Shown here in pieces: positions 1 through 9,314 of a stretch of 64,000 nt of DNA; within the stretch, counting starts at the first letter, position 1, and every line of letters starts with the position of its first letter. A program made the translations under genes and the position numbers. This DNA is from Methanothrix sp. (GTDB lineage: Archaea > Halobacteriota > Methanosarcinia > Methanotrichales > Methanotrichaceae): the NCBI GenBank assembly GCA_037128175.1, contig JBAXWY010000003.1:77076-141075 (forward strand), in the 5' to 3' direction. The notes under the pieces were generated by a model. The model saw only the letters and a list, made by a program, of their open reading frames with translations. It was not told where the DNA came from and ran no database searches.

Positions 1-1502
1 TTTCGAATGGCCTCCAGCTTGACCTCGGGACGGGCCTGGCCGATGAAGTCATCGATTCCAGCCTCCGCGGCGATGGCTGCAGCGGTCATGGGATTGTCTC
101 CCGTGATCATGACGGAGCGAATGCCAACCAATCGCAGGCGAGATAGGCGCTCCTTGATATTCTCTTTGAGTACATCCTTCAGACGGACGGCCCCCAAAAT
201 CCTCGCGCCATCGGCGACCACCAGAGGTGTGCCGCCATCTCTCGCAATGCTGTCAACTGCAGTTCTGATGCTCTCAGGCATTGTGCCGCCCTTATTTTTC
301 ACATATTCCTCAATGGCGTCATGGGCACCTTTGCGAATCTCCCCCTCGCTCCAGTCTATGCCGCTCATGCGCGTCTCGGCGCTAAAGGGGATGAATGAGG
401 AGCCCTCCGGCGCCCGGATATCTCTGCCGCGGATGCCCAGAGTCTCCTTGCACAGATCAACTATGCTGCGCCCTTCCGGCGTCACGTCCGCCAGTGAGGA
501 GTACATTGCTGCATAAGCCAGCTCTTCTTTCGTCACTCCCTCGGCTGGCAGGAACTGTGTGGCCATCCTGTTTCCTAGGGTGATGGTGCCGGTCTTGTCC
601 ATGAGCACCACATCCACGTCGCCCGAGGCCTCCACGGCTCTTCCGCTCATGGCGATGACATTATGCGAAAGCAGCCGGTCCATGCCGGCGATGCCGATGG
701 CGGGCAGCAGGCCGCCGATGGTGGTAGGCATCAGGCAGACCAGCAGCGCCACCAGCACAGGCACGGGAACGATGATACCCATGTACCCGGCAAAGACATC
801 CAGGGTGATTACCACCACCATGAACAGCCCGGTGAGACCAATGAGCAATATCTCCAGGGCCTGCTCATTGGGTGTCTTCTGGCGCTTGGCGCTCTCCACC
901 ATTCCTATCATCTGGTCCAGGAAGGTCTTGCCCGGGTCCGCAGTGATGAGGATCTTGATCTTCCCGGAGAGTACTCTAGTTCCGCCAGTGACGCCGCAGA
1001 GGTCGCCTCCCGCTTCGCGGACTACAGGTGCCGATTCGCCCGTGATGGCTGATTCGTCCACAAGTGCGACTCCTTCTACGATCTCGCCGTCGCTGGGGAT
1101 GGTCTCGCCGTCCTTTGCCAGGACAAGATCGCCTTTGACAAGCAGCAGGGCAGAAACCTGCTCAATGCTGCCATTGGCCAGCAATCTTTGGGCTATGGCC
1201 TCGCTCTTCGCCTGGCGAAGGGTCTCGGCCTGAGCCCGGCCCCGTCCTTCCGCCAGAGCCTCAGCGAAATTAGCGAAGAGTATGGTGAACCACAGCCAGA
1301 GGCTGATCTGGCCGTCGAATCCCGCATTCCCGCCTGAGATCAAATCGCGCGCCGTGATCAGAGTAGTCAGGATGGCGCCTATCTCCACGGCGAGCATTAC
1401 CGGGCTACGCCAGAGGCGGCGCGGGTCCAGCTTGGGGATGGAATCTAAAATTGCCTGTTTTATCTGAGAAGTCTGCCATAAATCGGACTTATTGATGTGC
1501 AT
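1..1502 (-). CDS. kdpB: K+-transporting P-type ATPase subunit B (3' end runs off the window)
   Basis: Manual translation from ATG at 1502: MHINKSDLWQ...FANFAEALAEGRGRAQA, with DKTGT phosphorylation motif (~590) and MITGDN; directly downstream of kdpA. Confidence 0.95.
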   Translation of the reverse strand, partial: MHINKSDLWQTSQIKQAILDSIPKLDPRRLWRSPVMLAVEIGAILTTLITARDLISGGNAGFDGQISLWLWFTILFANFAEALAEGRGRAQAETLRQAKSEAIAQRLLANGSIEQVSALLLVKGDLVLAKDGETIPSDGEIVEGVALVDESAITGESAPVVREAGGDLCGVTGGTRVLSGKIKILITADPGKTFLDQMIGMVESAKRQKTPNEQALEILLIGLTGLFMVVVITLDVFAGYMGIIVPVPVLVALLVCLMPTTIGGLLPAIGIAGMDRLLSHNVIAMSGRAVEASGDVDVVLMDKTGTITLGNRMATQFLPAEGVTKEELAYAAMYSSLADVTPEGRSIVDLCKETLGIRGRDIRAPEGSSFIPFSAETRMSGIDWSEGEIRKGAHDAIEEYVKNKGGTMPESIRTAVDSIARDGGTPLVVADGARILGAVRLKDVLKENIKERLSRLRLVGIRSVMITGDNPMTAAAIAAEAGIDDFIGQARPEVKLEAIR

Positions 1503-1513
1503 ATTATCCCTCC

Positions 1514-3217
1514 TCAAAAGGTCCTGCCCGCCTGCATCATCAGGTGCTCGAGTATGGGGCCAAGCACAAAGACGGGGAAGAAGGTCAGAGCCCCGACTAT
1601 GATGATCGTGCCTACCAGCATGATCACGAAGAGCGGACTGGCGACCGGGAAGGTAGCCGTGTTGGCAGGCACTATTCTCTTTGCCGCCAGGGAGCCGGCT
1701 ATGGCCAGCGCCGGCAATATCGTAGCAAATCTACCCACCAGCATCGCCAGAGACAGGGTCAGGTTGTAGAAGGTGGTGTTGGCATTCAGGCCGGCAAAGG
1801 CGGACCCGTTATTGCCGCAGGCCGAGGCGAAGGCATAGAGTATCTCAGTAAGTGAGTGCGGCCCGCCGTTGTTCAGACTAAAGAGGCCCTGGGGCAGTAC
1901 TATGGCAAGACCTGCCAGCATCAGCAGAACTATGGAAGGTGCCAGCAAACCGATGACTGCCATTCTCATCTCGAAGGGCTCCAGTTTTTTGCCGAAGAGC
2001 TCGGGAGTGCGGCCGATCATGAGGCCGGCTAAGAACATGGTCATGATGGCATAGAAGAAAATGCCTATCAGTCCCACCCCGACTCCGCCGAAGATCACCT
2101 CGCCGATGACCATGTTGAAGAGCAGAACTAAGCCGGCTAGAGGCATCATGCTGTCGTGCATGCTGTTCACGGCTCCATCTGAGGTCACTGTAGTAGACTG
2201 TGCAAAGAGCACCGATGACACTATGCCAAAGCGCACTTCTTTGCCTTCCATATTAACACCGCCCGCCACGCCCAGCTTCTCCAGCAAGGGGCTCCCCTGT
2301 CCTTCCGCCCAGAGGGCGAGGCCCAAACCCATCAGGTAGAGGATGGACATGGCCGCAAATATGGCCCAGCCCTGTCTGGGGTTATTGACCAGTGCGCCAA
2401 AGGCGAAGGGGAGCGATGCCGCTATGAGCAGCATGGCCAACACCTGCAGGAAGTTGGTGAGGGGCGTGGGGTTCTCAAAAGGATGGGCGGAGTTGGCATT
2501 GAAGAAGCCGCCTCCATTGGTTCCCAGGAGCTTGATGGCCTCCTGCGAAGCCACGGGCCCTATTGAAATGACCTGCTCACCTCCCTCAAGGGTCTGGGCA
2601 ATGACATTGGGGCCCAGGGTCTGAATCATGCCTTGGGACGCAAATAAGAGAGCCCAGATGAGGGCCAGGGGCAGCAGAAGATAGAGCACCGACCGGGTGA
2701 GGTCGACCCAGAAATTCCCCAGGGTGGCGGCATTCTTGCGAGTGAAGCCTCGAATGACGGCCATGGCTGCAGATAGCCCCACAGCGGCTGAGAGGAAATT
2801 TTGCACAGTCAAGCCCAGCATTTGGGTGAGGTAGCTCATTGTCTGCTCGCCGCTGTAAGACTGCCAGTTGGTGTTGGTGGTGAAGGAGACGGCGGTATTG
2901 AGGGCCGTATCCCAGCGAACCGCCCCCAGGCTCTGTGGATTGAAAGGAAGAAAACCCTGCAATTCCTGCAGCAAAAAGACGGCCGCCAGACCAAAGGCAT
3001 TGAAGATCAAGAGAGCGGAAACGTAGCTCTTCCAGGACATCTCTCTTGTCTCGTCCACGCCCGCCATTCTGTAAAATGCCCGTTCGACAGGCCGGAAGAG
3101 AGGCGTTACTCGGGTAGGCTCGCCATTGATAACTTTCGCAATATATCTTCCCGTAGGCAACGCCAGAACTATCAGGGTGCCTAACAACAGGGCTATGTAT
3201 GCAAATTCCATTGACAT
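1514..3217 (-). CDS. kdpA: K+-transporting ATPase subunit A
   Basis: Motifs SFTTNTNWQSY, LGTNGGGFFNANSAHPFENP, NNGSAFAGL. Confidence 0.97.
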   Translation of the reverse strand: MSMEFAYIALLLGTLIVLALPTGRYIAKVINGEPTRVTPLFRPVERAFYRMAGVDETREMSWKSYVSALLIFNAFGLAAVFLLQELQGFLPFNPQSLGAVRWDTALNTAVSFTTNTNWQSYSGEQTMSYLTQMLGLTVQNFLSAAVGLSAAMAVIRGFTRKNAATLGNFWVDLTRSVLYLLLPLALIWALLFASQGMIQTLGPNVIAQTLEGGEQVISIGPVASQEAIKLLGTNGGGFFNANSAHPFENPTPLTNFLQVLAMLLIAASLPFAFGALVNNPRQGWAIFAAMSILYLMGLGLALWAEGQGSPLLEKLGVAGGVNMEGKEVRFGIVSSVLFAQSTTVTSDGAVNSMHDSMMPLAGLVLLFNMVIGEVIFGGVGVGLIGIFFYAIMTMFLAGLMIGRTPELFGKKLEPFEMRMAVIGLLAPSIVLLMLAGLAIVLPQGLFSLNNGGPHSLTEILYAFASACGNNGSAFAGLNANTTFYNLTLSLAMLVGRFATILPALAIAGSLAAKRIVPANTATFPVASPLFVIMLVGTIIIVGALTFFPVFVLGPILEHLMMQAGRTF

Positions 3218-3451
3218 TTATGTCGCCTTCGGATGAATTATCTTAAGGAGATAATCTTATCAAACTTAATAGTCTCTAAATTTATCTGGCACGTTGGCCG
3301 GATATAGAATCGCTTGATCTTGAAGAATGTCTGCAAATCCTCACAAAGACACCTTTCTTGCCGATCTTGATCATAGCGGTCCCCGCCGCTACAGTCGTCA
3401 GCCAGCCGGAGACCCTCAGACCTCCCTGTGCCATGCCAGGAATTGACTCCA

Positions 3452-3745
3452 TTATTGATCCCTCTTACTGGAGAAGAAACGAAGAGATTTCTTACTTGCT
3501 CCTGGTCGTTCTCCATAAGAGGACAGAACATTCCGGCATTGGTATATAAAGATATCTCGACATTCGGGACTCTTCAAGAAATAGCTATCAAAAGGACCAT
3601 ACTCCTTAATTTGAAGCACGCGATCATCAACGATGACGGCCTTCACCTTGAGATAATAAAAGCTTTCACCGCTCTTGAAGTCCAGGAGTTCGAAGCTCTT
3701 GATGATTCTATCCTGAAGTGATTCTAAAGTTCGTTGCATCTTCAA
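3452..3745 (-). pseudogene. Probable truncated toxin (DUF6516/TumE-like N-terminus) with unrelated C-terminal tail
   Basis: IIKSFELLDFKSGESFYYLKVKAVIVDDRVLQIKEY resembles that family's N-terminus, then similarity is lost; overlaps the upstream antitoxin-like gene. Confidence 0.45.
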
Positions 3746-3956
3746 TCTTTTTAAGCCTTGATTCGAGATCCTTCAAGCTATCTCTGTAGGCCTTCCACTC
3801 GATGAAATCATCCCAGCGTTGGAAATCCTCCGGAAGATGCTTTAATTTTTCCTCGAAGGTATCAAGATTGCATCTGTGTTTCATTTCAAATGACTTTATC
3901 TTCTCTTTCACCGGTGCGATCTGAGATCTCAAAATCATCGGCAGCTTTTGGGGCAT
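3708..3956 (-). CDS. Small antitoxin-like protein
   Basis: FEMKHRCNLDTFEE...EDFQRWDDFIEWKAY pattern of small helical partners of DUF6516-type toxins; first residues MPQKLPMI resemble a HicA start. Confidence 0.55.
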   Translation of the reverse strand: MPQKLPMILRSQIAPVKEKIKSFEMKHRCNLDTFEEKLKHLPEDFQRWDDFIEWKAYRDSLKDLESRLKKIEDATNFRITSG

Positions 3957-3962
3957 ATGAGA

Positions 3963-4172
3963 TCAAACCGTAACTTCTACGATCCTTCCCGGAGCGCCCA
4001 GCTGCCTTGTTCGCTCTTCAGCCAGAGATTCCAGGCAGCCTACTATCGCCTCTTTGATGTTCTCCAAGGCTTCTTCCATGCTGTCGCCCTGGGAGTGACA
4101 TCCGGAAAGTGCTGGGCAGCTCACGATGTAGCCGCCATCCACGTCTTGCACGAGAACAACTCTCAAATTCAT
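3963..4172 (-). CDS. hicB: HicB-family antitoxin (no intact hicA)
   Basis: DGGYIVSCPALSGCHSQGDSMEEALENIKEAI is the canonical HicB motif. Confidence 0.9.
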   Translation of the reverse strand: MNLRVVLVQDVDGGYIVSCPALSGCHSQGDSMEEALENIKEAIVGCLESLAEERTRQLGAPGRIVEVTV

Positions 4173-4175
4173 GAT

Positions 4176-4733
4176 TTACAGCCTACTGCCGCCCAGTCCT
4201 TTTTCTGCAGCCTCTTTTATCATGGCGTCTACGTTTTCCAGAGCTTTTTCGGCCTGGTCGATTTTGATATGAGGCTTCAGCTCTGTAATCAAGATTGCTC
4301 GTGAATTTTCTGCACATTTTTCGTTAAGGGTAACGTAAAGGGCAGTGGCCTGACGCTCCAGCTCTGCAACACCCATTTTTCCAATCTTTTCGGCTACAAA
4401 CTGCATTCTTTCGGCATATTTCCCTCGCGTCTTTGGGTACCGATTCAGGAAATCCTGGCCGGTTTTTGTGGGGAGAAGGCTTGGCCCGTAGGGGCGGCGT
4501 GATTTATATTCGAGCAAGCTATCCGCCCGCATGGCAGTGACTGCATCGGCTAGATCGAATGAGTAAGGTCCATGCTTGTAGAGTATGAACTCGAGATTCA
4601 TCGGGACTTCCAGCAGTTCTTGCAGGAAATATACCGATTTCTGGATGTGAGTCTCGCCGCACCAACTGCCTTTTGCTCTCATCTCATTCATCAGCGAGAG
4701 CAAAATGGCGTCTCGCTGCATTTGTTTTAGCAT
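4176..4733 (-). CDS. YwgA/SocA(Panacea)-like winged-helix protein
   Basis: GETHIQKSVYFLQ...FILYKHGPYSFDL signature; overlaps the HD gene by 7 bp. Confidence 0.7.
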   Translation of the reverse strand: MLKQMQRDAILLSLMNEMRAKGSWCGETHIQKSVYFLQELLEVPMNLEFILYKHGPYSFDLADAVTAMRADSLLEYKSRRPYGPSLLPTKTGQDFLNRYPKTRGKYAERMQFVAEKIGKMGVAELERQATALYVTLNEKCAENSRAILITELKPHIKIDQAEKALENVDAMIKEAAEKGLGGSRL

Positions 4734-6046
4734 TCTTCCTCACCTTCCTTTAAAGTTATAATCCTCTTCAGATTCTTGTCACGCCATTTCTCAGCTCTTT
4801 TCCTGCACTCTGGGCTTATATAAACATAATCAATTGCTACCAAAGGCACCTTTTCTAACGTCTCCGATTCAGTGAACGAAGAACAGATGCGATTGTCTCT
4901 GGAAAGTAGTGGATAATTGAGACCGCCTTCTTTCTGTATGTAGTAGTCGTGTCTGACCTCCGAATCACCAAATTCCCTACATGCCGCATCAAAGACAGCT
5001 TTGCCTGCTTCACGATTTATTTCGAGATCCTCTCGAGTCCTCTGGTAGAGCAGCCTGAAGTGTTCTCTTCTGGCGATGCGGCGAGCAGGATCATGGCCAG
5101 GATGCTCTTTATCACGAACTGCCTTGGAAAGCTCAGACATTATCTCGTTATCTGTGATCTGCAGTAGGTCTTCTATTGCTGTCGCAAACATGCCATTACG
5201 AAGCCATTTCTTTAGAAAGTCCTTGAGATGAATGTCGTAAATGCGGCGAACGTGGTGGCAATAGACCTGCGAGAACATAAAGTATCTCGCTAAGAGCAAC
5301 GCTTCCGCAGAATGCAGGCCTCCCACTTCTATGCCCAAAGCCAGCTCCTGAGATCCGAGCTCGTCATCTGCGGCACTATCAATTTTGGGCAGGATGCGGA
5401 GAGTATCGATCAAACGGTAGTGGTCGAAGCGCCCGTAGGCAACTCCTATATGGTGAGAGTCTCTAAGCAAGTAGTCCATTCTATCCACTCCGAAAGCATC
5501 ACCTACTATTATCTCGGAGAGGATCGCCTCCCAATCGGTGAATCTGCTGTCTCTGTAATGCTTTGGACCAACAGCCAGTTTTGCCACATCTACGCAGTCT
5601 AATTTCATCCGGCTCCAAATCAGTCTCATTTCATCGCTGCAAATCAATTCTGTTGTGAAACGCTCATGGTCCCATCCGCTGGGCAAAAGCTCGGTCTCTG
5701 CGGCATGAGAGAAGGGGAGGTGTCCGAGGTCGTGACATAAAGCTGCCATGCGTAGTGTTCTTTTCCAATATTCAAGGTCGAATTTCTTTGGAATTATTTC
5801 TCTGACCGATTCATGGTGGATATTTTCCTGATCTGTTACAACATCGAAGACTCTGCCGGCAAGCTCCATGACACCGAGAGAATGCTCGAACCGACGATGA
5901 GTGGCGCCTGGATAGAGCAAATAGGTCAAAGCTAGCTGGTGGATATGCCGAAGCCTCTGGAAAGGAGCACTATCAAGAACCTGTTTCTCTCCTGGCTCCA
6001 GACGGATAAAATTATGGATCGGATCGCGTATCTCCTGATTTGACAT
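4727..6046 (-). CDS. SAMHD1/YwfO-like HD-domain phosphohydrolase (putative dNTP triphosphohydrolase)
   Basis: RDPIH, FQRLRHIHQL, HRRFEHSLGV, ALCHDLGHLPFSH, DRMDYLLRDS, QVYCHH. Confidence 0.9.
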   Translation of the reverse strand: MSNQEIRDPIHNFIRLEPGEKQVLDSAPFQRLRHIHQLALTYLLYPGATHRRFEHSLGVMELAGRVFDVVTDQENIHHESVREIIPKKFDLEYWKRTLRMAALCHDLGHLPFSHAAETELLPSGWDHERFTTELICSDEMRLIWSRMKLDCVDVAKLAVGPKHYRDSRFTDWEAILSEIIVGDAFGVDRMDYLLRDSHHIGVAYGRFDHYRLIDTLRILPKIDSAADDELGSQELALGIEVGGLHSAEALLLARYFMFSQVYCHHVRRIYDIHLKDFLKKWLRNGMFATAIEDLLQITDNEIMSELSKAVRDKEHPGHDPARRIARREHFRLLYQRTREDLEINREAGKAVFDAACREFGDSEVRHDYYIQKEGGLNYPLLSRDNRICSSFTESETLEKVPLVAIDYVYISPECRKRAEKWRDKNLKRIITLKEGEEEC

Positions 6047-6179
6047 CTTTTGCTCCTATCGCAGAACTTTCAAAAATTAAATAGGCATTTTTTCATTATT
6101 AAAGCCCACCCATGCGAGGCGAAAGTATTCTTCTTGCGGGTAATCCAGGAAATGCAAATGATGCGAGCGACTGCTTCCA

Positions 6180-6240
6180 AGCTCGCCCCGGAAGGCCCGG
6201 ATCCTGGCGACAGCCGGGCGGCTCGCGGCGAGGGCGTCGA
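6180..6240 (-). repeat. Degenerate copy of the hsdS 3' end
   Basis: 6180-6199 AGCTCGCCCCGGAAGGCCCG is identical to 8112-8131; GAGGGCGTCGA at 6230-6240 matches 8192-8202; translates as DAL...PAV..RAFRGEL. Confidence 0.8.
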
Positions 6241-6768
6241 TCATGGGCGCAGTTGCCTTTGCACCTCTATCGGAGCCCCGTCCGTCAACCATTTTGTCGG
6301 CGTCTCGTCATCATTGACTGGATTTACCCACAGAATGTCCCTAAGTTCACGGACCTGGTTTGAAACTGCTGAAAAATAGCTTCTGGCAGTATCGTCCAGA
6401 GAAATGACACGCTTGTCTGTTATTCTTGCAGCTTCGATGAGACGAAGATCCTTCTCCATAGCAACAAGAGCCTTTTCGGTTTGACTTGCTCGTTCAATTT
6501 TAAGGCAAAATGCGACATCATGATCTACGTTTGGCCTGTCGACCCTTCTCTTGGCATTCATGCTTCTTCGCCAGCGGCGAGCAAAAGGATGAGAATGTAT
6601 ATCCCATTCAGCTCCGATCTCTCGCGTCATCACCAAGCGATGGTATGTTTCATCAATCATGACCCTCAAGAAGGCCTGGCACAGTTCTCCCCGTTGACCT
6701 CTTTCGCCCGTAGATGTAGCAACGGATGCGTCAATGACCAAACGCTTTGACTCTGCTGATGACATCAA
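6241..6768 (-). CDS. PIN-like domain protein
   Basis: LVIDAS...EW...KDLRLIEAA...VISLD acidic-residue spacing typical of PIN folds; ATGA-type overlap with the ATPase gene. Confidence 0.6.
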   Translation of the reverse strand: MMSSAESKRLVIDASVATSTGERGQRGELCQAFLRVMIDETYHRLVMTREIGAEWDIHSHPFARRWRRSMNAKRRVDRPNVDHDVAFCLKIERASQTEKALVAMEKDLRLIEAARITDKRVISLDDTARSYFSAVSNQVRELRDILWVNPVNDDETPTKWLTDGAPIEVQRQLRP

Positions 6769-8060
6769 TTAGACTCCAGTCTTGCTTCAGCGGCATGTAT
6801 GTAACGAGCATCGGCGTCCATCTCTGCCGAGGAGAAATCTTCCGGCCAATCGCCAAAAGCACCGGCTTTATCCAGGTCGGCACTGGATATTTCTGTAACG
6901 CCGTCCTCAGGCCGCCTCTTGAACCAGTGAAGCTTGACTTTATCTGGGGAGAGCTTGCCTTCGGCAACAAGAGATTGAATGCCCAAGAGCAGCAGAGAGC
7001 TGTGCGTCTCAGCTACTACCTTTACGCCTCGATTGGCGGCATCTGCAAGAATCTGAGCCATCGCAGTCTGGGCGAGCGGGTGGAGATGAATCTCAGGCTG
7101 TTCGATGTAGACCAGTTGGCCCGGCTCTGCAGTCAAGAGGGCAACGATAACGGGAAGGATTTGAGAAATGCCAAATCCCACATCGGCAATGCTCACGAAG
7201 TCTTTGGAGCTGCCATTTGTTCCGTGAATGAGACGGCCAACCATTACCTCAAAACTGACATCATCAACTTTTTTTGAACTAACCTTCCAGGTCAAGCCCA
7301 ATTGCTCCAGAGCAGTTCCCAGATCATTCAGGCGGGTGTCCTCAGTTGCTTGCCAGTGGTGGATTATGCTGGCTGCATAGATCTCAAAGGTTCCGGGAAA
7401 CATGGGACCCACGGAGGTCTTTTTATAATTTCTTTCGGGATTGCCTCGCAATGCCGGCACATGGATGAGGCTCAAGATGGCGTTTGAAAAAGTTCTACTC
7501 CAATCGGTTTCGCGACTAAATGGCCTTTTAGATTTATTAATTATTTTTAGCTCAAAGAAGCATCTATTTCGTTCTATACTAGTAGTATTATATTTATAAG
7601 TTTTTAAACCATTTAAACCAATATTACCCCATGGAGGAGAAACTGCCTTAATATCTTCTTGGGTCATATCAGGCCGGAGGATTATGATACCGTCTTCATT
7701 TTTGTAGGAAATCTCATCGATCTCCATTCCCGATTGTGGCTTGCTGATGAAGGCCTCATTGAATGATGACGAGCTTTTCACTTCCAACCCCATGCTGAAC
7801 TTGCCCATGACCTCGCCATCCAACTGGGAGAGGAACTGCTCTGCGGAGGTAAAACGGACATTGGGGCCATCAATTAAAAGTGGACCGGGATCATAAGGAG
7901 CCTCCAGTGTTTGCTTCATCATCAGGATGGGCTGCATTATGCTCGACTTGCCCGAGCTGTTGGCCCCGGCTAAGATCGTTAGGGGGCGAATTTCAATGGA
8001 GCACTCATCGGCTATCGACTTGAAGCCCTTTACAGTGATGCGCGTTATTCCTTCGGCCAT
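6765..8060 (-). CDS. ABC/OLD-type ATPase (AAA_15/AAA_21, DUF3696-like C-terminus)
   Basis: Walker A GANSSGKS, signature DVGFGISQILP, Walker B IEQPEIHLHP, ETHS, C-terminal G.FGDWPEDF. Confidence 0.9.
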   Translation of the reverse strand: MAEGITRITVKGFKSIADECSIEIRPLTILAGANSSGKSSIMQPILMMKQTLEAPYDPGPLLIDGPNVRFTSAEQFLSQLDGEVMGKFSMGLEVKSSSSFNEAFISKPQSGMEIDEISYKNEDGIIILRPDMTQEDIKAVSPPWGNIGLNGLKTYKYNTTSIERNRCFFELKIINKSKRPFSRETDWSRTFSNAILSLIHVPALRGNPERNYKKTSVGPMFPGTFEIYAASIIHHWQATEDTRLNDLGTALEQLGLTWKVSSKKVDDVSFEVMVGRLIHGTNGSSKDFVSIADVGFGISQILPVIVALLTAEPGQLVYIEQPEIHLHPLAQTAMAQILADAANRGVKVVAETHSSLLLLGIQSLVAEGKLSPDKVKLHWFKRRPEDGVTEISSADLDKAGAFGDWPEDFSSAEMDADARYIHAAEARLESN

Positions 8061-8107
8061 AACATCCTCCTAATAGTATCACCAAATGATAGATGTAAGC
8101 TTTTTCA

Positions 8108-9283
8108 TCAGAGCTCGCCCCGGAAGGCCCGCTCCAACACAGCCGGAAGGAGCGCGTTCAGCTCGGCGGCGGTCTCCGCCTGGTGGCGCTTGAGGGCGTC
8201 GAGCTTGGATTGCATCGCTTGAAGTTTTTTGAATATTTTTTGCTGATCGTTCAACGATGGCAATGGCACATCTATGCTCTTAATCCTGCCAACACTTAGG
8301 TTGAATAGCCCGCTTGTTGTCCTGCTGCGTTCACGCATTTGTTTTTGACCAGGTGGACTATTTAAGAATCCATTCAAGTAATCCGGCAAAATCAGATTCG
8401 AATTTGGACGAATGCGAATAACATGATTTTGATGAACGCAGTCTTCTATTTCGCCGCTAAAAAGGGCAGTCCTTCCAATTTGATCCGCACTTCCATTTCC
8501 TTCGATAACGAGCACGTCTCCTGAAAGCAGTCTCAGTTTTTCAAGCTCTTCATCGGACACTTCAAAATAACGTGGGTCTGAAGTATCAATCCAATTTCGC
8601 TGAACGTGGGCGACTGTGATATACCTTCGGGGATTTGCCCCTGGTGTTCTTTTGCTTGATTTTTGAATTCCGCCCTTAACTTCGCAGCTTGATTCAATAG
8701 GTTTCGTATCGCAGTTACTATTATTAAAAAGAGATTCTGCATATCTATTCATCAATGCATCAGCTTCTTCCGCCGCCTGCCTGCGCAGCTCCCGCGCCTC
8801 CTCGATCCGGGCGGCCAACTCTTCGATGCGGGCCACGATGCGGCGTTGCTTGTCAAGCGAAGGTATGGAAATTTCAGATTCAAGAAAACGATCCTCTTTC
8901 AAACGAACACGATTTGTCGTTCCTTCGCTAGATGCTTTGCAGATATCAATGAATCGGTTAGTTCTGCTCATCCACTCTAAAAATCTAGGATATATTCTTG
9001 TTAAATCTAGCTTGAACACAGGAAAATCGGAGCTTACCACAGCCCCGTCGAGTGAATCTGGAACAAGGCCAAAAGCGCCATTACGAGCATCAATTCTAGA
9101 CACTAAAAACTCTTGGCAACGCAAAACATGTCGTTTCGATGCAGCAATCTCTGATCCAAAGACTTCATTACGAAGTATTACCCCTTTTCCCCAAAGCTTT
9201 ACTGTCACCTGTCGATATCGGCATTCAGGTTTTACTTCAATTTGTTCTTCCGATTTCGCAAGAATATATTTGAGTTGTGTCAT
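8108..9283 (-). CDS. hsdS: Type I R-M specificity subunit
   Basis: Two TRDs with conserved spacers IPSLDKQRRIVARIEEL and PLPSLNDQQKI...AFRGEL. Confidence 0.93.
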   Translation of the reverse strand: MTQLKYILAKSEEQIEVKPECRYRQVTVKLWGKGVILRNEVFGSEIAASKRHVLRCQEFLVSRIDARNGAFGLVPDSLDGAVVSSDFPVFKLDLTRIYPRFLEWMSRTNRFIDICKASSEGTTNRVRLKEDRFLESEISIPSLDKQRRIVARIEELAARIEEARELRRQAAEEADALMNRYAESLFNNSNCDTKPIESSCEVKGGIQKSSKRTPGANPRRYITVAHVQRNWIDTSDPRYFEVSDEELEKLRLLSGDVLVIEGNGSADQIGRTALFSGEIEDCVHQNHVIRIRPNSNLILPDYLNGFLNSPPGQKQMRERSRTTSGLFNLSVGRIKSIDVPLPSLNDQQKIFKKLQAMQSKLDALKRHQAETAAELNALLPAVLERAFRGEL

Positions 9284-9314
9284 TTGCCCTCAGCAAGCTA
9301 TATTAAAAATTTTA

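Noticed and set aside
7-3184. Long plus-strand ORFs
   Set aside because: Antisense shadows of GC-rich kdpB/kdpA.
3218-3450. Possible kdpF peptide upstream of kdpA
   Set aside because: No short hydrophobic ORF with a KdpF-like ending could be read.
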